Below are positions 13,022 to 26,400 of a stretch of DNA of 64,000 nt, in pieces. Under the pieces are notes generated by a model. It was not told the origin of the DNA. It saw only the letters and a program-made list of their open reading frames with translations, and made no database searches. Made by a program: the position numbers and the translations under genes. Source of the DNA: Hyphochytrium catenoides (Eukaryota; Protista; Hyphochytriomycota); contig FLMG01001193.1 of assembly GCA_900088475.1 (NCBI GenBank), positions 70,866 through 134,865 of the forward strand, written 5' to 3'. The number at the start of each line of letters is the position of its first letter. Position 1 is the stretch's first letter.

Positions 13022-15007
13022 ATGGCATCAAACGTAGCAGCCGCAGGATATCAAAATGGCCGCGATGAGGCAGGAGAAGAGGACTGGAAAGTCGGGCTCA
13101 GGACCCCAGCTCCTGACAATCGCTATAAGACTGAGGTAGGTATTGAGATTATAGTCTCCTATAGGCCTCCTTTGACTCATCACATTTTCTACTACTGAAT
13201 GCAGGACGTGACGAACGTGAAAGGTAGCTGAATATCGACTTGCCTAATCACATCAAACCTAGTATATTGATTGGCGCTACGTAGGCAATGAGTTCGAAGA
13301 CTATTTCCTGAAGAGAGAGTTGCTGATGGGCATTTTTGAGAAGGGCTTTGAACGACCATCCCCAATCCAAGAAGAAGCCATCCCCATCATCCTTGCAGGA
13401 AGAAACGTCCTTGCTCGTGCAAAGAATGGCACCGGAAAGACTGCTGCCTTCATCATCCCATGTTTGGAGAAAACTGACACAGCAAAGAACTACATCCAAG
13501 GTAGATTGTCTTAAAAAAGTCACTCTTGCATCATCCCACTGACAAACTCTTGTTGGCTCATCTCATAAGTGCTTATCCTCGTACCTACACGCGAGCTAGC
13601 ACTACAGACTTCTGCTATTGTTAAGGAGATAGGCAAACATATGGGAGTAGAATGTATGGTGTCTACCGGAGGAACCAGCCTGAAGGATGATATTATGAGA
13701 CTGTACAACACTGTTCATATTCTTGTCGGCACTCCGGGTCGAATTCTGGATCTCGCCAACAAGGGGGTTGCCAACCTCTCTCGATGCTCTATATGTGTGA
13801 TGGACGAGGTAAGTTCGACGTTCCATCTTGAAGGGTTTAATCGCAGCTCATGCTCCCTCACTTCTATTCATTCTACCTTCAGGCCGATAAGCTCCTCTCC
13901 CCTGAATTCCAGCCAATCCTTGAGCAGCTCTTGGGCTTCTGTGCTTCAGATAAGCAGATTTGTCTCTTCTCTGCAACATTCCCAGTGACGGTAAAGGCCT
14001 TCAAGGACAAGCACATCAAAAATCCCTACGAGATCAATCTTATGGACGAGCTGACGCTCAAGGGTGTCACCCAGTACTACGCTTTCGTTGAGGAGAGACA
14101 GAAAGTCCATTGTTTGAACACCCTCTTCTCAAAGGTATGCTTCTTGCGCCAAGAATATTTCTTCTCTAAACTTAGGGGCTTGTTAGAGCGCCTGCTGTGC
14201 TATGCTTGTCGACAGTGGCTGTTCACGTATGTGGCTATGCACCTCGTTTTAGATAGCCCTCCTCGCCCGCTACCTTGTGCAGGTTCCCGATTGCATCTTT
14301 CCTGTCCTAATTCAGCAGTTGCCGCACTGAGTCACTCACAGTATTCCTGCATCACATTTATCTCCCTCTCTCTCTCTCCTGTCCGTGTCCCTCTTATAGC
14401 TCGAGATCAACCAATCCATAATCTTCTGTAACTCTGTCAACCGTGTGGAGCTCCTCGCCAAGAAGATCACTGAACTAGGCTATTCTTGCTTCTACATCCA
14501 CGCCAAAATGCTTCAGTCTCATCGCAACCGCGTATTCCATGAGTTTAGGAATGGAGCCACACGCCATCTGGTGTCTTCAGGTAAGCCGCGACTGGCAACT
14601 CAGCTTTTTTTAGCTTGGGTTGCGTCTTTACCCTTTTAAGTATGGTGGGAAGATCGCCGTCCTGCACCAAAAGGGTCTCGATCTGTCATGTCTTCATCGC
14701 TTGTTACCTTTCCCTACTCGCTTACCGACACTGTCGCCGATTTGTCTACAAACTACCTTGCACAGACCTCTTCACCCGCGGTATCGATATCCAGTCCGTC
14801 AATGTAGTCATCAACTTTGACTTCCCAAAGAACTCTGAGACATACCTGCACAGAATCGGGCGCTCTGGACGCTTTGGTCATCTTGGACTTGCAATCAACC
14901 TGATCACCTATGATGACCGATTCAATCTTTACCGTATTGAGCAGGAGCTAGGAACTGAGATACGCCCTATTCCCGCTTCCATTGATAGAAACCTCTACTG
15001 TCGTTGA
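13022..15007 (+). CDS. DDX6: DEAD-box RNA helicase DDX6/Dhh1
   Basis: [46 protein letters not shown] split by an intron, FSATFP and [10 protein letters not shown]. Confidence 0.98.
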
Positions 15008-15397
15008 TCGCGATACGAGTGGCAGGGCGAAGGGGTGAGTTAGGAAGAACTGTGTTTGATGGGTTGTCAGGGGCTAGGATTGGCGTCGGTTGCTGAGAGG
15101 AAATGACCTGCTGAGGGTAACGTTTTGCGCTCTTTGTATTATGTGTGGTTAGGGGCCTTAAGACTGAAGCATCGGAAGCCAACCTTACATGTGCCCATAA
15201 CTATGAATAAAGCAATCTCAGACCCAGTGTCCGACGTCTTCTTGGAAAGGCTTGCAGTATACCCCACGCAGCCTCTGCCATCTTTCCACTTGATGAGCTT
15301 TAGTCGACTGCTCTAATAAAAATATCATGTTCATTTCTAGACGTGAGTCTAGAGAGCAGCGTATACTTTCAAATATCCCACTCCAGTAGGTTCCTTT

Positions 15398-16524
15398 CTA
15401 CTGCTCTTGGTTCTCAGTTACTGGAGCCTTCACTGTGCCCACCTGCGCGGGTCGGAGGAGCCTCTGGTTGAGCAGGTAGCCCACCTTCATGATCTGACCA
15501 ATCGTGCCCGGCTCTTTGTTTGAATCCTCGTACTCGAACATCGCATCATGGAATTGTGGGTCAAACTTCTCGCCGACAGCTCCCACCTGCACGATAGCCT
15601 GGTAAGTAGGAGCCTCCAAACCAGAGCTGTGGAGTAGAGTCGGTATGCCTTGTTCGTTGCTAATTTCTAGCTTTTCTTATCCCTCGCGATTGCCAGCTCC
15701 CGTGTACCTGCGATACTACTTTTTCCGCCCCCACTCCTTTGCAACACTCTTCGAGGCTTCTATCCTGAGACGGCGTACAGCCGATCGTCATCCGTTCACT
15801 GACGGACGTACCTTAGTAACACCAAACTGCCTAAATGCTTTCTGCAGCTGATCATCGGTCATCTTGACACCTTGTAAAAGCGCTCCCAACGGGGAGTTAG
15901 GGTCCTCAGGCTCGGAGACGGAGTTTACCGCTCTCTCAAGATTGTCAGCCACGTCGAGCAAGCTCTTCGCGAAGCTCTGAATAGAGAACTCCCTGATAAT
16001 GAAGCCATCGTGAGGAGAGTGGATTCGACGTCATCAAGACAGAAATCCCAGGCAAAGGAAAGCTACAGCTGGGGAAGACACTTTGATCTACCTGGCAGTT
16101 TGAACATCCCTAGCCGCTATCCTCCTCACGTTCTCCATCTCCGCTAGAGCCCTAAGCACTCGATCTTGCAGCTCCTTGTTCCTTTCCTCCAATTCAGCGA
16201 TCTTGGCTTCAGAAGTGGGTGGCTGCTGCCCTGGCTCAGCCACCTTCTCACTCTCTTCTGATAATCCAAAGGAGGAGTGAGGAACACAATTCTTTTTGTG
16301 CTTGAACAATAGGGACTGTGTACAGAGCTCTGTTTACCTTGGGAAGTCGTCTGGTCTGTCTGATCCTTCTTCTCTTCATTGGCCCGAAATTTTGAGGTGG
16401 TGTAAGATCTGGTTGACAGCGGGCTCCCAAAGCTTGACAACGAGGCACTTCTCAGCGCTGGCTTTACAAGCGCCTGTGGCTGCCTTCTCAGTAGTGCGGC
16501 ACCAAGCTGCTTAGTGAGCATCAT
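15398..16524 (-). CDS. GRPEL1: Mitochondrial GrpE nucleotide-exchange factor
   Basis: R/S-rich presequence, RALAEMENVRR, FAKSLLDVADNLERA, KFDPQFHDAMF and GYLLNQRLLRPAQVG. Confidence 0.95.
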
Positions 16525-17370
16525 CCTTCTTAGAATGTTTTCCTGTCACGTGGGGTAACTAAGACGGATTGACTCGGCAACTTCGTAGACGATATCCTAA
16601 GCCTCAGTGTCGGAACGTGCTTCAGTATATGCTATGAATGGTTAACAGCTTCAAGAGATGGAGAGCATGGACAGCGCTCTGAAGGTCTGGACACTCTTCG
16701 TTCCTGCAGAGACCTGGAGCCCACATCACGTCGATCATTCTTCACATGAGAACTTTGTTGAACAATGGCCGTTAGCGGCCTCCCAATCGCTCTTTCTACA
16801 CCCTGCTCCCGTGGTTTCGGCCATTCATTCTTGCTCACACTTCAACGGAAGCTCCAGTGGCTCATCTACCAGGCACCTGAAGATTCCAGAAGGCGATGTT
16901 TGAAGCTTTCAGCTTCTGATGATGGAGCTGGCCAAATAACGATGGCCGATGATCAGGAGCTTTTGCTAACACGTGAGACTCTCCTTCAAAGCCTATTACA
17001 CTATTGTGAGAGAAGATGGCTAGGCTGTTGACTTGTGGAAGAGTCCTCATCTTGCATCTTACGCTAGAGACGACCTCACGGGTCTTTTTAGTGACGAGTC
17101 ACAGGCTGCCCTGTGCTTTATGGTAGCGGATGCAGCCTTTAGGTCCCAACGTCTGGTTGACAGGCGATGAAAGCGAAATGTCCTGTCATCCAGCTCTCAC
17201 GAGCGCTGACTTTGTATTATAAATAAAGATAACAGATGAAATTGGGCTAACCCTTTGTCGGACACTTTCAAAGCGGCCACCTGAAAGCGTTCATCGATAA
17301 GAGAGACTATTAAACGACGGAATGAAACCGTGGTCCCTTGCCGCTCAACAAGTACTCTGTCCTTTTGATT

Positions 17371-20300
17371 CTACCGACCACCCTTCGAATCAGGCATCGG
17401 CAGGTTATGGCCACGGATGTCTCTCATTCCCATTTTGCTAGGGTCCAGTCCGGCGAGCCTAGACTGCTGTCTAAATTTGTCCTCGTCCATATCAGCTACA
17501 TAGATAAATGAGGAGAGGTTAAAGATGCTGGCACAATGGCTAGAAATGCGAGAGTCAGAACTAGGACCTCTTCCCATGAACAGACCGCGAAGATGTAAGC
17601 AAATCAGACAAACTGAGAAGGTGGCCTAGGATGATCTTCTCAGTACTCTGTGTGTGTCGTCACTTACACATTACTTTCTTGACTCCTCGCATGTCATTCA
17701 TCATCATTTGCGGACCTCCTGGGAGTGAACTGCCTCCCATTGATAACCCTGGCATTCCGCCAGCCATTTGCGACATTGATCCTTGCATCATTGATCCTAG
17801 GGATCGCCCTTGAGTCAAGATTAACTGCTGATCGAAAAGAGAGCAACCCCAAAAAGGTATTTACCTGGTCCCATCGGTGGGCCACCCATTCCACTCATGC
17901 TTGAGCCTGGTCCTGGCATCATAGAGCCCATCGGGCCCATGGGGCCAGAAGGTCCCCCCATCGGCTGGCCGCCGCCCATCGGCCCACCTGGTCCTGGGCC
18001 CATTCCTCCCCCAGGGCCCATAGAGCTACCTGGCATAGCACTGCCAGGGCCCATACCGCCGCCCGGTCCCATTGGTCCTCCTGGCATGGGACCTCCTGGG
18101 CCCATAGAGCTACTAGGAACCATGGAGCTTGTAGGTATGGGTCCCGAACCCATCGGTACTGAGACCATTGGCCCGACAGACTGAATGGTGCCACCAGAGC
18201 TCATGGGACCTTGGCCGGGCATTTGTCCACTTGGGCCCATTGAGCTTGTCGGACCACCAGAGCTCATGCCCATAGGTCCTCCCATGCCACTTGGTGTCAT
18301 TGAAGCCATAGTGTTACTCATGGACATGGACATTGGGCCAGATGCCACACCACTTCCTACTCCCGACATAGGCCCGGATACAACCTGACCTCCAGCCATT
18401 GGGCCACCTTGTCCTGGCATCTGGTTAGGGGCAGCCATATGAAGATGTCCTGGCTGACCACTTCCACCGGTGGGAGGCAACCCGGGTGCCCCCGGATAGG
18501 GAGGACCTCCAGAGGTTTGGGCAACTCCTTTAGCTTGAGGTCCACCAGGCATCTGCAGCGTCTCACTGAAGCCAAATGTTCAGTTATATTAGATATAGCG
18601 GCATGAAAACTTCGAGGCCACAACATACCTCTCATAGCCCATAGGAGCGCTAGTAGGTGGTTCAGAGGGGCCAGGGGCGGCCCCCATACTGTTGATTGGT
18701 GGCACACCTTGCCCGTCTCCATCCTGCTAAGGAGGTTATTGTTAGCGTCAGACACCTCGAGTGCCACCTTTTGCCCACTCTTACCCTCAAGGCATTTAGC
18801 CTTTCCCTAATAAACTGACTGTTGGCACCAAGCTCCAGGGCTTTTTGGTACGCATCTCTAGCATCACTTGGCTGATTACAGGTGTCGTAAAGGGTGCCCA
18901 CGTTATACCTAAAGAAGATTGACAGAGAGAGTCAGCTATGGATCATATACATTCTGGCATCCACTTCCATACCAGACTTCAGCAATATTAGGGTTGGCTG
19001 AGATTGCTCGACTATATGCGTCCAGAGCATCCATGTACTATCAAAGACCATAATATGGGTCCACAAAGATATACAGGGCGATGTGTTGAGTGTGATAAGG
19101 TTAGTAAAAGTGTGATGAAGACAACCGTTCGCTGAGAGAATATCCTAACCTCGTTCAGCTGATAAAACAGGACACCTAAAGAGCACCAAACGTTTGGATT
19201 GTTCGGCTCACAGTTGCTGCGATAAGGCTGAAGTCAGCCTTTACTCTTGTAAGGCACAAACGCACAAACAAAGAAGTCTTACACTGCCCGTTTGTAAGCG
19301 TGATAGGCATCTTCGTACTCATTCTCCGCCATATAACAACGTCCAAGAAGATACCACCCCTTCCCATCATTTGGATCTAGGGGTTCATATCATCATGAAT
19401 TGTCAACGCTGGTCACAATAGTAGTAGAGATGCCCGTATTTCTCACCTATGCCAACTGCCTTCTTCAAATATTCAATGGCCGCGCGATTCTCTCCGCGTA
19501 CTTTATAGCACAGCCAGCCTAGCTGTTGCAGAGCTTTCGCGTTGCTAGGATTGATTTCTACCACCTTCTGGTAAGCGCTCTTCGCAAGCTGGATCTGTAC
19601 GTGCAGGATCACCTTAGTTATCCTGCTGCAACTACATTACTAAAGAGTATACTTACCTCATTCTTCAACTCATAGACATGACCTATTTGGGACCACACAT
19701 CGCCGGCAATAGCAGGAGTGGGCTGGTCGTCAAGGACTCGTCTCAGGCGCTGACCAGGATGCCGTCGGTTATAGAGTAATACTTGAGTTTAAAATTGTTG
19801 CTGTCCCCTCACCTCCAATGCTTCATCATAACGGCCCTTGGTCTTTGCAATCACTCCAAGCCGAAACCTAACCTCATGTGCCCTTGAGAACTTCGGGTCC
19901 ATTTTCAGGACAGCATCAAACGCTTCCTCAGCGTGATCCAAGGACCCGTAGCGATCATAGAGCACGCCGATCCCGTACCAAAGGTCAGCATCCTAAACGT
20001 AAGTTGTGTTCAGCTAAGAAAGGCCTATGACATCAAATTCTCGGTGCCTTCTCCCATTCTACCCTCGCCCCACTTCCTCCCTCAACGCCCCAAACCTGAT
20101 CCTTTCACAGCGTCCTTACCTTGGGATCTGGGATGTGGTAGAGGGCATGTTGGTATGCTGCGTAGGCGTTCTGCAGATCGTTCATCATCAAATAGCAATA
20201 GCCCAAGTTGGCCCACGCTTCGCCATTGCTTCCGTTCATATTTATGACCCGTTGGAAAAACTCTGCTGCCTAAGAGGAAGGAGGTTAGATCTTCTGTCAA

Positions 20301-20722
20301 AAGTAGTGCACACGTCCGGCCAATCAACCTTTGTGTAGTTCTCCTTTTTCCGATGAAGAATGCCAACCATCTGTTGTGCCTTCATATTCACCGGATTGTG
20401 GTTCAGAACCTTCTCGTAGGCTTTAAAGGCTTCCTTCTCGTTATCCATGAGTTCAGCAATCGTGCCTGGATCCATACTACTCAGAAAAAGATTGCAACGA
20501 GTGGAACTCTCAGGACCTACCTATTTGCATCCAAGCTGTCTCATTGGCGATTGCAAGCTGCCTCAGGACCTGTGGAGGTTTATGTTAGCACAGATTGCGA
20601 AATTGCGTTTTAAGGTGTGTAGGTCGAGCTACCGGATGTCCCTGATGCGATCCGTTATGATGCGTGGCCCCATTCACCTGCGGTGGAGCTTGCTCCATCG
20701 CAGCGACCATTCCTCTTGTCAT
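17371..20722 (-). CDS. CYC8: TPR corepressor Cyc8/Ssn6-like with a G/P/M-rich C-terminal low-complexity region
   Basis: ANETAWMQIGTIAELM, LWYGIGVLYDRYGSLDHAEEAF, YMDALDAYSRAI..NP.IAEVWYNVGTLY and DARDAYQKALEL, followed by GPMGPG repeats. Confidence 0.85.
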
Positions 20723-21895
20723 ATTGGGGCGGATGACTGCCACTATCTCCTTTTGTTAATGCCTGCGATGAAGGCTCAACAGACAATCGCTGATGTACAG
20801 CCTCCTATCTGTGACTACCACCACAACCCCGCCAGATAGCAGCTTGTGCCACCTTATTCAGAGAAAATTAGGCTCTCTGCTAACCAGGAGCCTGGTGGTT
20901 CGCTTGACCTCAGCTGACTCTTCTCTAGCACCGTGAGTTCAAAATTTCAAGCTGCTTGGCTACCTTACGGATGGCTGGATATTATGACTCTACGCATCAT
21001 AGAGTATGAAGCTCGATGTCGCGATCAAGGCTTGGATAGGACGGTGCTCGATAGAATCACGTTTGATCCCCGGCAAAGCTAGTCTAGCTTTTCTCTCCTT
21101 CCAGGGTCTGTCTGCATGCTGTTGATCGGTCTTCCGCTTGGGCCCGTACCGTGAGTTATTAGTGCGGGTGATCTCTGGACTTCAAAATACTTTTGCAAGT
21201 CTCTTAGACGGCCCTCGTTCCTTCTCCTCCTCCTCCTTCCCTGCCCTGCCCCTGCCCTTCCCTCCTAGTTTCCTCATTAAGAAAGCCTGAGGTGGAAGCT
21301 ACTCCTTACTTGACAATAGTAGTAGAGGGAGGGAAAGGGGACAAAGGTATGGGGTTCCATGGCGTAGTAATACTCCTAGATACGCAAAGACTATCTGAGG
21401 ACAGTTTAAACTTTACAAAGCGTAATATTTACACAACCTTGGTGGCCAAACATCAGAGATTGCCCATACATTGCTTCCCTTTCATCTTGAAATATCCTCC
21501 TTGATGTAAATTCACACTTACGAATACAATTTTTGCCCCTGTTGAAGAAGTTGGTTTGAGGTTGGCGGCGTCAGTTCTGATGATCAGCCTGCGCGCTCGC
21601 TGGCCTTGGCCTTTCGCCCGTCCTCTGACAGTTCCTTCTGCATCTTCGCTCAGAATCATCCGGAAGCTTTCGACAGACGAGAAGATAAAGCTCGCGGTGG
21701 CCAAGCTGTCACACGCGCCGGTCCGCACTAGCTCACACTTCCTTACTGCCATAGACTTCAGTATACTGCGGATATCATTAGATGTAAAAGTCTAGCAGTT
21801 CCTACAGATCGGCTAGGCTTCCATTGAGTGCCTGATCTGTCAGTCCTTCTCATAGGAGGATCTATTGCATTTTGACCAGCCATTTGTCAAGAAGA

Positions 21896-23355
21896 ATGCT
21901 AACCGCTCAACAAGAAAGCGCCGCTGCGCCTAGATTTATGAGTGATGTTGAACGTGCAAGATCGCAATCCGTACCTTTGCCTGCCGCGGAAGCCAACAGC
22001 GGTCGCCCAGCGCCTCTTCTTTCCTCTACCTCAGTACCCGCTTTGGCCCAGCGCCCATCGGCCGTGCTCCACGCTGGAGAGCCCATTCTTCTAGTAGAGT
22101 ATAGGCACCGCGCGATGCTTACAGCCGCGGCTGCTCCCTACCTTAAGTTTGTCGACCGGGACACCATATGTAACGGGAAGGAAGTCTTCAGACTGGAGAA
22201 AGCGAGCGGAACTGAGGCGGACAAAATAATCCGCTATGGAGACGTTGTTCACATCTGTTGCTATTCGGACCACATGGCCCTTAGAGGCTCCAAAGTAACC
22301 AAATATGTCAAGCTCTCTGGGGACCGAGACGACAAAGCCAAATTCATAGTTGAAGCTCTCTCTGGGGTTCCTCCTCCAGATGAAGATAGAGTGCTGAGAC
22401 CGTCGTCGCCCTTTGAGCTTCGGAGTGTTGCGTGGAGCAAGCACTTGCTTGGGAAGTGCTTTATGCCACCTTTCATGGTAAAAACAGAGCTGTTTGACAC
22501 TCAGAATTTCATGGGTTGTGCGACTTTGGGCAACGCAGAGAAGCCCAGCTCTTCCTTCCTGCGGTTGAGTTTGATGGCTGAACCGACGGAGCTGATGTCA
22601 AGGTTCAGCGACGTGTTGCGGTACAACTTGGTTGCAGGAGTCTGTCCTCGCTGTCAGAACATGCTCCAAGGGCTAGCTGGAAATGTTGTTGTATGCAGGT
22701 TCTGCAAGAACTGTAAGTGATTGAGTTTCTCAGCGCCTCTCTATGGATTTGAGATCTGACCCGTCTCTTTTCACTTTCTGCATGATGGGTCCTCATTACC
22801 TGTCATAGCAAGCCGGATGCCAGCTGTCATCTGGGGTCGAGAACACCCATCAGCCAGCGCCTACCGGAATGATTATGCTTGCCCCCACTGCACCAGAGTC
22901 TTCGTCAATCCAGCAGATCTTGTGCGGCATGTGGAGGACTATCACTCTCAAGAGGGTACCAGTGAATTTGCGACTCAGAGCCAGAGCAGCCGATGCCCAG
23001 AATGCAACGTTGCCTTCGAGGTGAGTTCATGGACTCGTGATGGCGCCGCAACCTGTCATTAACCCCTCCTCGTCAGGATCCCGTCAAGCTTGTGGAACAC
23101 GTGCAGTCGTGGCATCCTGACTCAGAGAGTGCCAGGCCAGTCAAGGCTGGCGATATCGAGAACAGATGCAACTATTGCGGCCTCGTCTGTAGCTCGGCCG
23201 TGGACCTTGTCTCACACGTGGAGTCTGTACATAGAGATGCCTTTGAGTCGTCTACGCCAGCGCAAGAGAGCGAATGTCCAATATGTGGCCTTCGCTTTCT
23301 CTCTGCTGTGGAGCTGGTGGACCATGTGGAAATCCAGCATAAGAGTGACACTTAG
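21896..23355 (+). CDS. Uncharacterised protein: putative beta-trefoil-like region, C4 zinc ribbon and four C2H2-type fingers
   Basis: IIRYGDVVHI segment, CPRC..CRFC, then CPHC..HVEDYH, CPEC..HVQSWH, CNYC..HVESVH and CPIC..HVEIQH. Two GT-AG introns. Confidence 0.75.
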
Positions 23356-23479
23356 AAGTGTCACAGATGTTTCTCTTTATTTTTCGTTTTCCTATTTACC
23401 CTCAGCCGCTAAGCGGTATAGATAGCATTGGTGTTCACTTCTACAACGCCAATGGCAACCCTTAAGGTTTCACTTAGGG

Positions 23480-26400
23480 CTACACGTCCTCAGTGAAACG
23501 CTGACCTGTGACAGGGTCTGTCTTCAGATCCCCATTCGTGTTTTTATAGCGTACGAGGGTGCCGTTGGGATACACTGCGAAGATCGTATCCCCAATCCTC
23601 TTCCCGTCATACTAGAAGTGAGAAAAACACAAAAGTACATAAGGATTATGTTTTTCGCAATCCCCCCACATCAGCCACGAAGTAGCCTGGTTTACTCACC
23701 GCACAACGAGTGTCAGGAGTTATCTCTTGATAGCGTGACATCGCCTCAGCCTTTTCACAAGCCACCTGCAAAAATCTGTACCGCCAGAGATTCCGCACAA
23801 TCATGGCATCTCTGACTCTGTAGGAGGAGTTTGGTAGCACTTGGCTGAAGTAGTCTTTCAACTCCGACAATGTCAAGTCCTTTGGTAGCACCTCCATGGC
23901 CTAGATATCGAAAGAGCCAATGGAAATGGTCAGCCATGGTACCTAAGAAGTTCGGCTATTGACCAGGGGCTGCAGTGGAACTGCTTTCCCGAAACTCAAT
24001 GGCCAATAAGTCCCCCTTTCCCAAGCCTGCCCAAGACCAATCCACCCCATCATGACCCAACTCAAAGCCTATGTGTCGCCAATCACCTGGATGGGATTGA
24101 TGTTCTTAGCATTGGTTCGGAGCACAGACATGGCTCTTTCCTTAAATTGAGCTCGCTGTGTAGGATCCTTGGGATTGAGCAGGGCCTGAAGATGAACCGG
24201 AAGCTTAGCGAACATCTGTAAAGCCAAACGAGACCAAAAACAAGGCACAAGAAAGGCAACAAAAGCTCATACCTTAATTAGCCTAATCAGGAGCGGGTTA
24301 TCATGATATCGAGCGTCACTTAAGTTCTTGGCATGGCCAAACTGCAGGCAGTAGATCTCGGCAGCTAGTAAAGGCGAAGAGAACACATGGCAGTGAAGTC
24401 GTTCAGTTAACATGAATTTACTGTGTCCAAGATAAATGATGAAGCTCAGGCAAGCCGAAGACAAACACGTGCGGCTATTCAGAAAACTACGTCTAAATGT
24501 CAGACGTCTTACCTCTAGGATCACCAACCTCGTAGAGCAAGATATCAATGGCATCTTCGTGTCGGCCAGCTTTGCTACAAAGGTTGACATACTCTGCAAT
24601 GAGTTGGTTCTGCCTCGTCACCTCCAGAAGGCGGGCCATGTCGTAGGACCCGCCACGCTTGATAAAATCCACTAGTTTCTGGCGTACAACCTGTAGCCTT
24701 CCAGTCTCAACTTTCACATTAACTAATAGGCAAAGGAACCGGCAATTTAGACTCCTGAGGCCGGATTTTAGCTGATCAGCAAATTAGCCTACCAGGTGCC
24801 GACTTTCGCCTGGATGATCCTGCCTGCTGGATAAGATCTACAGTTTCCCTGATATACTCCATTGCTAACCGTGTGTGATAGCTTTCAACAGTCTTCGTGT
24901 CCTAGGCACACACAGTTAATAAAAAGACAAACTGAGTAGGGTAGGAGGGATGCGGAATATCCACCGTAAACCTCCAAGTGATACTTCCTTCATCACCCCC
25001 TGCAGCTCAACTACCGCTTGTCCCCTTCCTTGTTGTTACTGAAGGAACTCAACGAGTCCTTATTTGATAGCTGAGACTCACAGGATCATTGACAAGATGT
25101 TCTAGATACCGCTGCACCAACGTGTAATCCTGAAAGCCATCGAGGTAGTGAAGTATCTCCTCAACGGGAAGGGGCACTTTACGGGATCCGCAGAGAATTT
25201 TGAGTCCTATAACAGGAGGTGTGAGAGGAGACACGATACTCTACTTGAAGCCTTAAATATGTGGCAATGAGTCTGCCTTTTGTGCCTTCTGATCTCTTCC
25301 TCCTACCTCGGTCTGGGTCGAGGCGCAGGACCCAAGCAGCGTACTTGAAGATGAGGTCTAGAGAGTCCGTGTTCAAGAGAACAACGACCGTTTGGTCTAT
25401 GCATTTGTTTTGCAGCTCAATGTCCTCTTTACCTGCGATCATGCACATATCAAGCAAAATTGGTTGTACGATCACGCACATATCGAGCAAAACGAGTTGA
25501 ATAAATAGTGGTAACCCCTCAAGGGAGAGAGAGTACTAGAGTATCACGACAAACAGTAGTCCAACTTCTGAAGTATTAGGAGTTGCACGTACTTGTTCCA
25601 ACTTTGGCCCACACGCTTAGGGCTTCAGGAACCATACCCTTGGCTCTATAGAGCATTGCCTGTGCGTTGGATAGCTTGGACGTCGACAGAAAAGGGATAG
25701 ATTCCTCAAGGTCTAGGGCTGCCCCACTACTTATCAGATCCTCCACATCGGCTCTTCTACCAAGAGAAACGTAAAGTCGCAGAAGAGCCGTGTTCACAGC
25801 GAGCATTGCCTATAGAGCAGAATGGAGTGGTACCGTGAGATATGGCCGAGTTAGTTTTCACGGGTTATGTCCAGGTATACATTAACGGTCTCACATTTTC
25901 CGAGCTCTGGGCTTTTGGTTGCCCTTGCGCCTCCTCTAGAAAGGTGCACAAACAGGAGCGACTGATGCTAAGAAGTTCTCTTTGGGAAGGCTCCCTGATG
26001 TTCTTCTTCATCTGAATCTCTGTGATGACTGACGCGATATCGGGCTTAGAACTCTGACCGTACGGAATGACCCGAGGCTCCAGGAGAAGGGGGCGATAAT
26101 TAAAGTATTTGGTCTAAGAGACAGAAGCGTTAATAAAATCGACCGTGCGGTGTGTCCGTGAGAGCATACATATCTGTCACCCTATAACCCCCTGTTTACC
26201 CATATGTAATTGAGGTCAGTCATCTAGTCCTATTCATAGTGGTTCTTTGACCTCTCAAGAACTCCAGACGGAGCGAGATACCAAGACACTTCTACCCACC
26301 ACCTCTGGCGCTGTCCCTTTACCTGGAGCTCAGGGAAAAAAGCTATGAGCTCTCTTGGATCCACCTGAGCTTGAGAAAGATGGAAGAAAGAGTCATCGAA

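Noticed and set aside
17897-18388. Collagen-like GPP ORFs on the + strand
   Set aside because: Antisense shadow of the Cyc8 G/P/M-rich exon.
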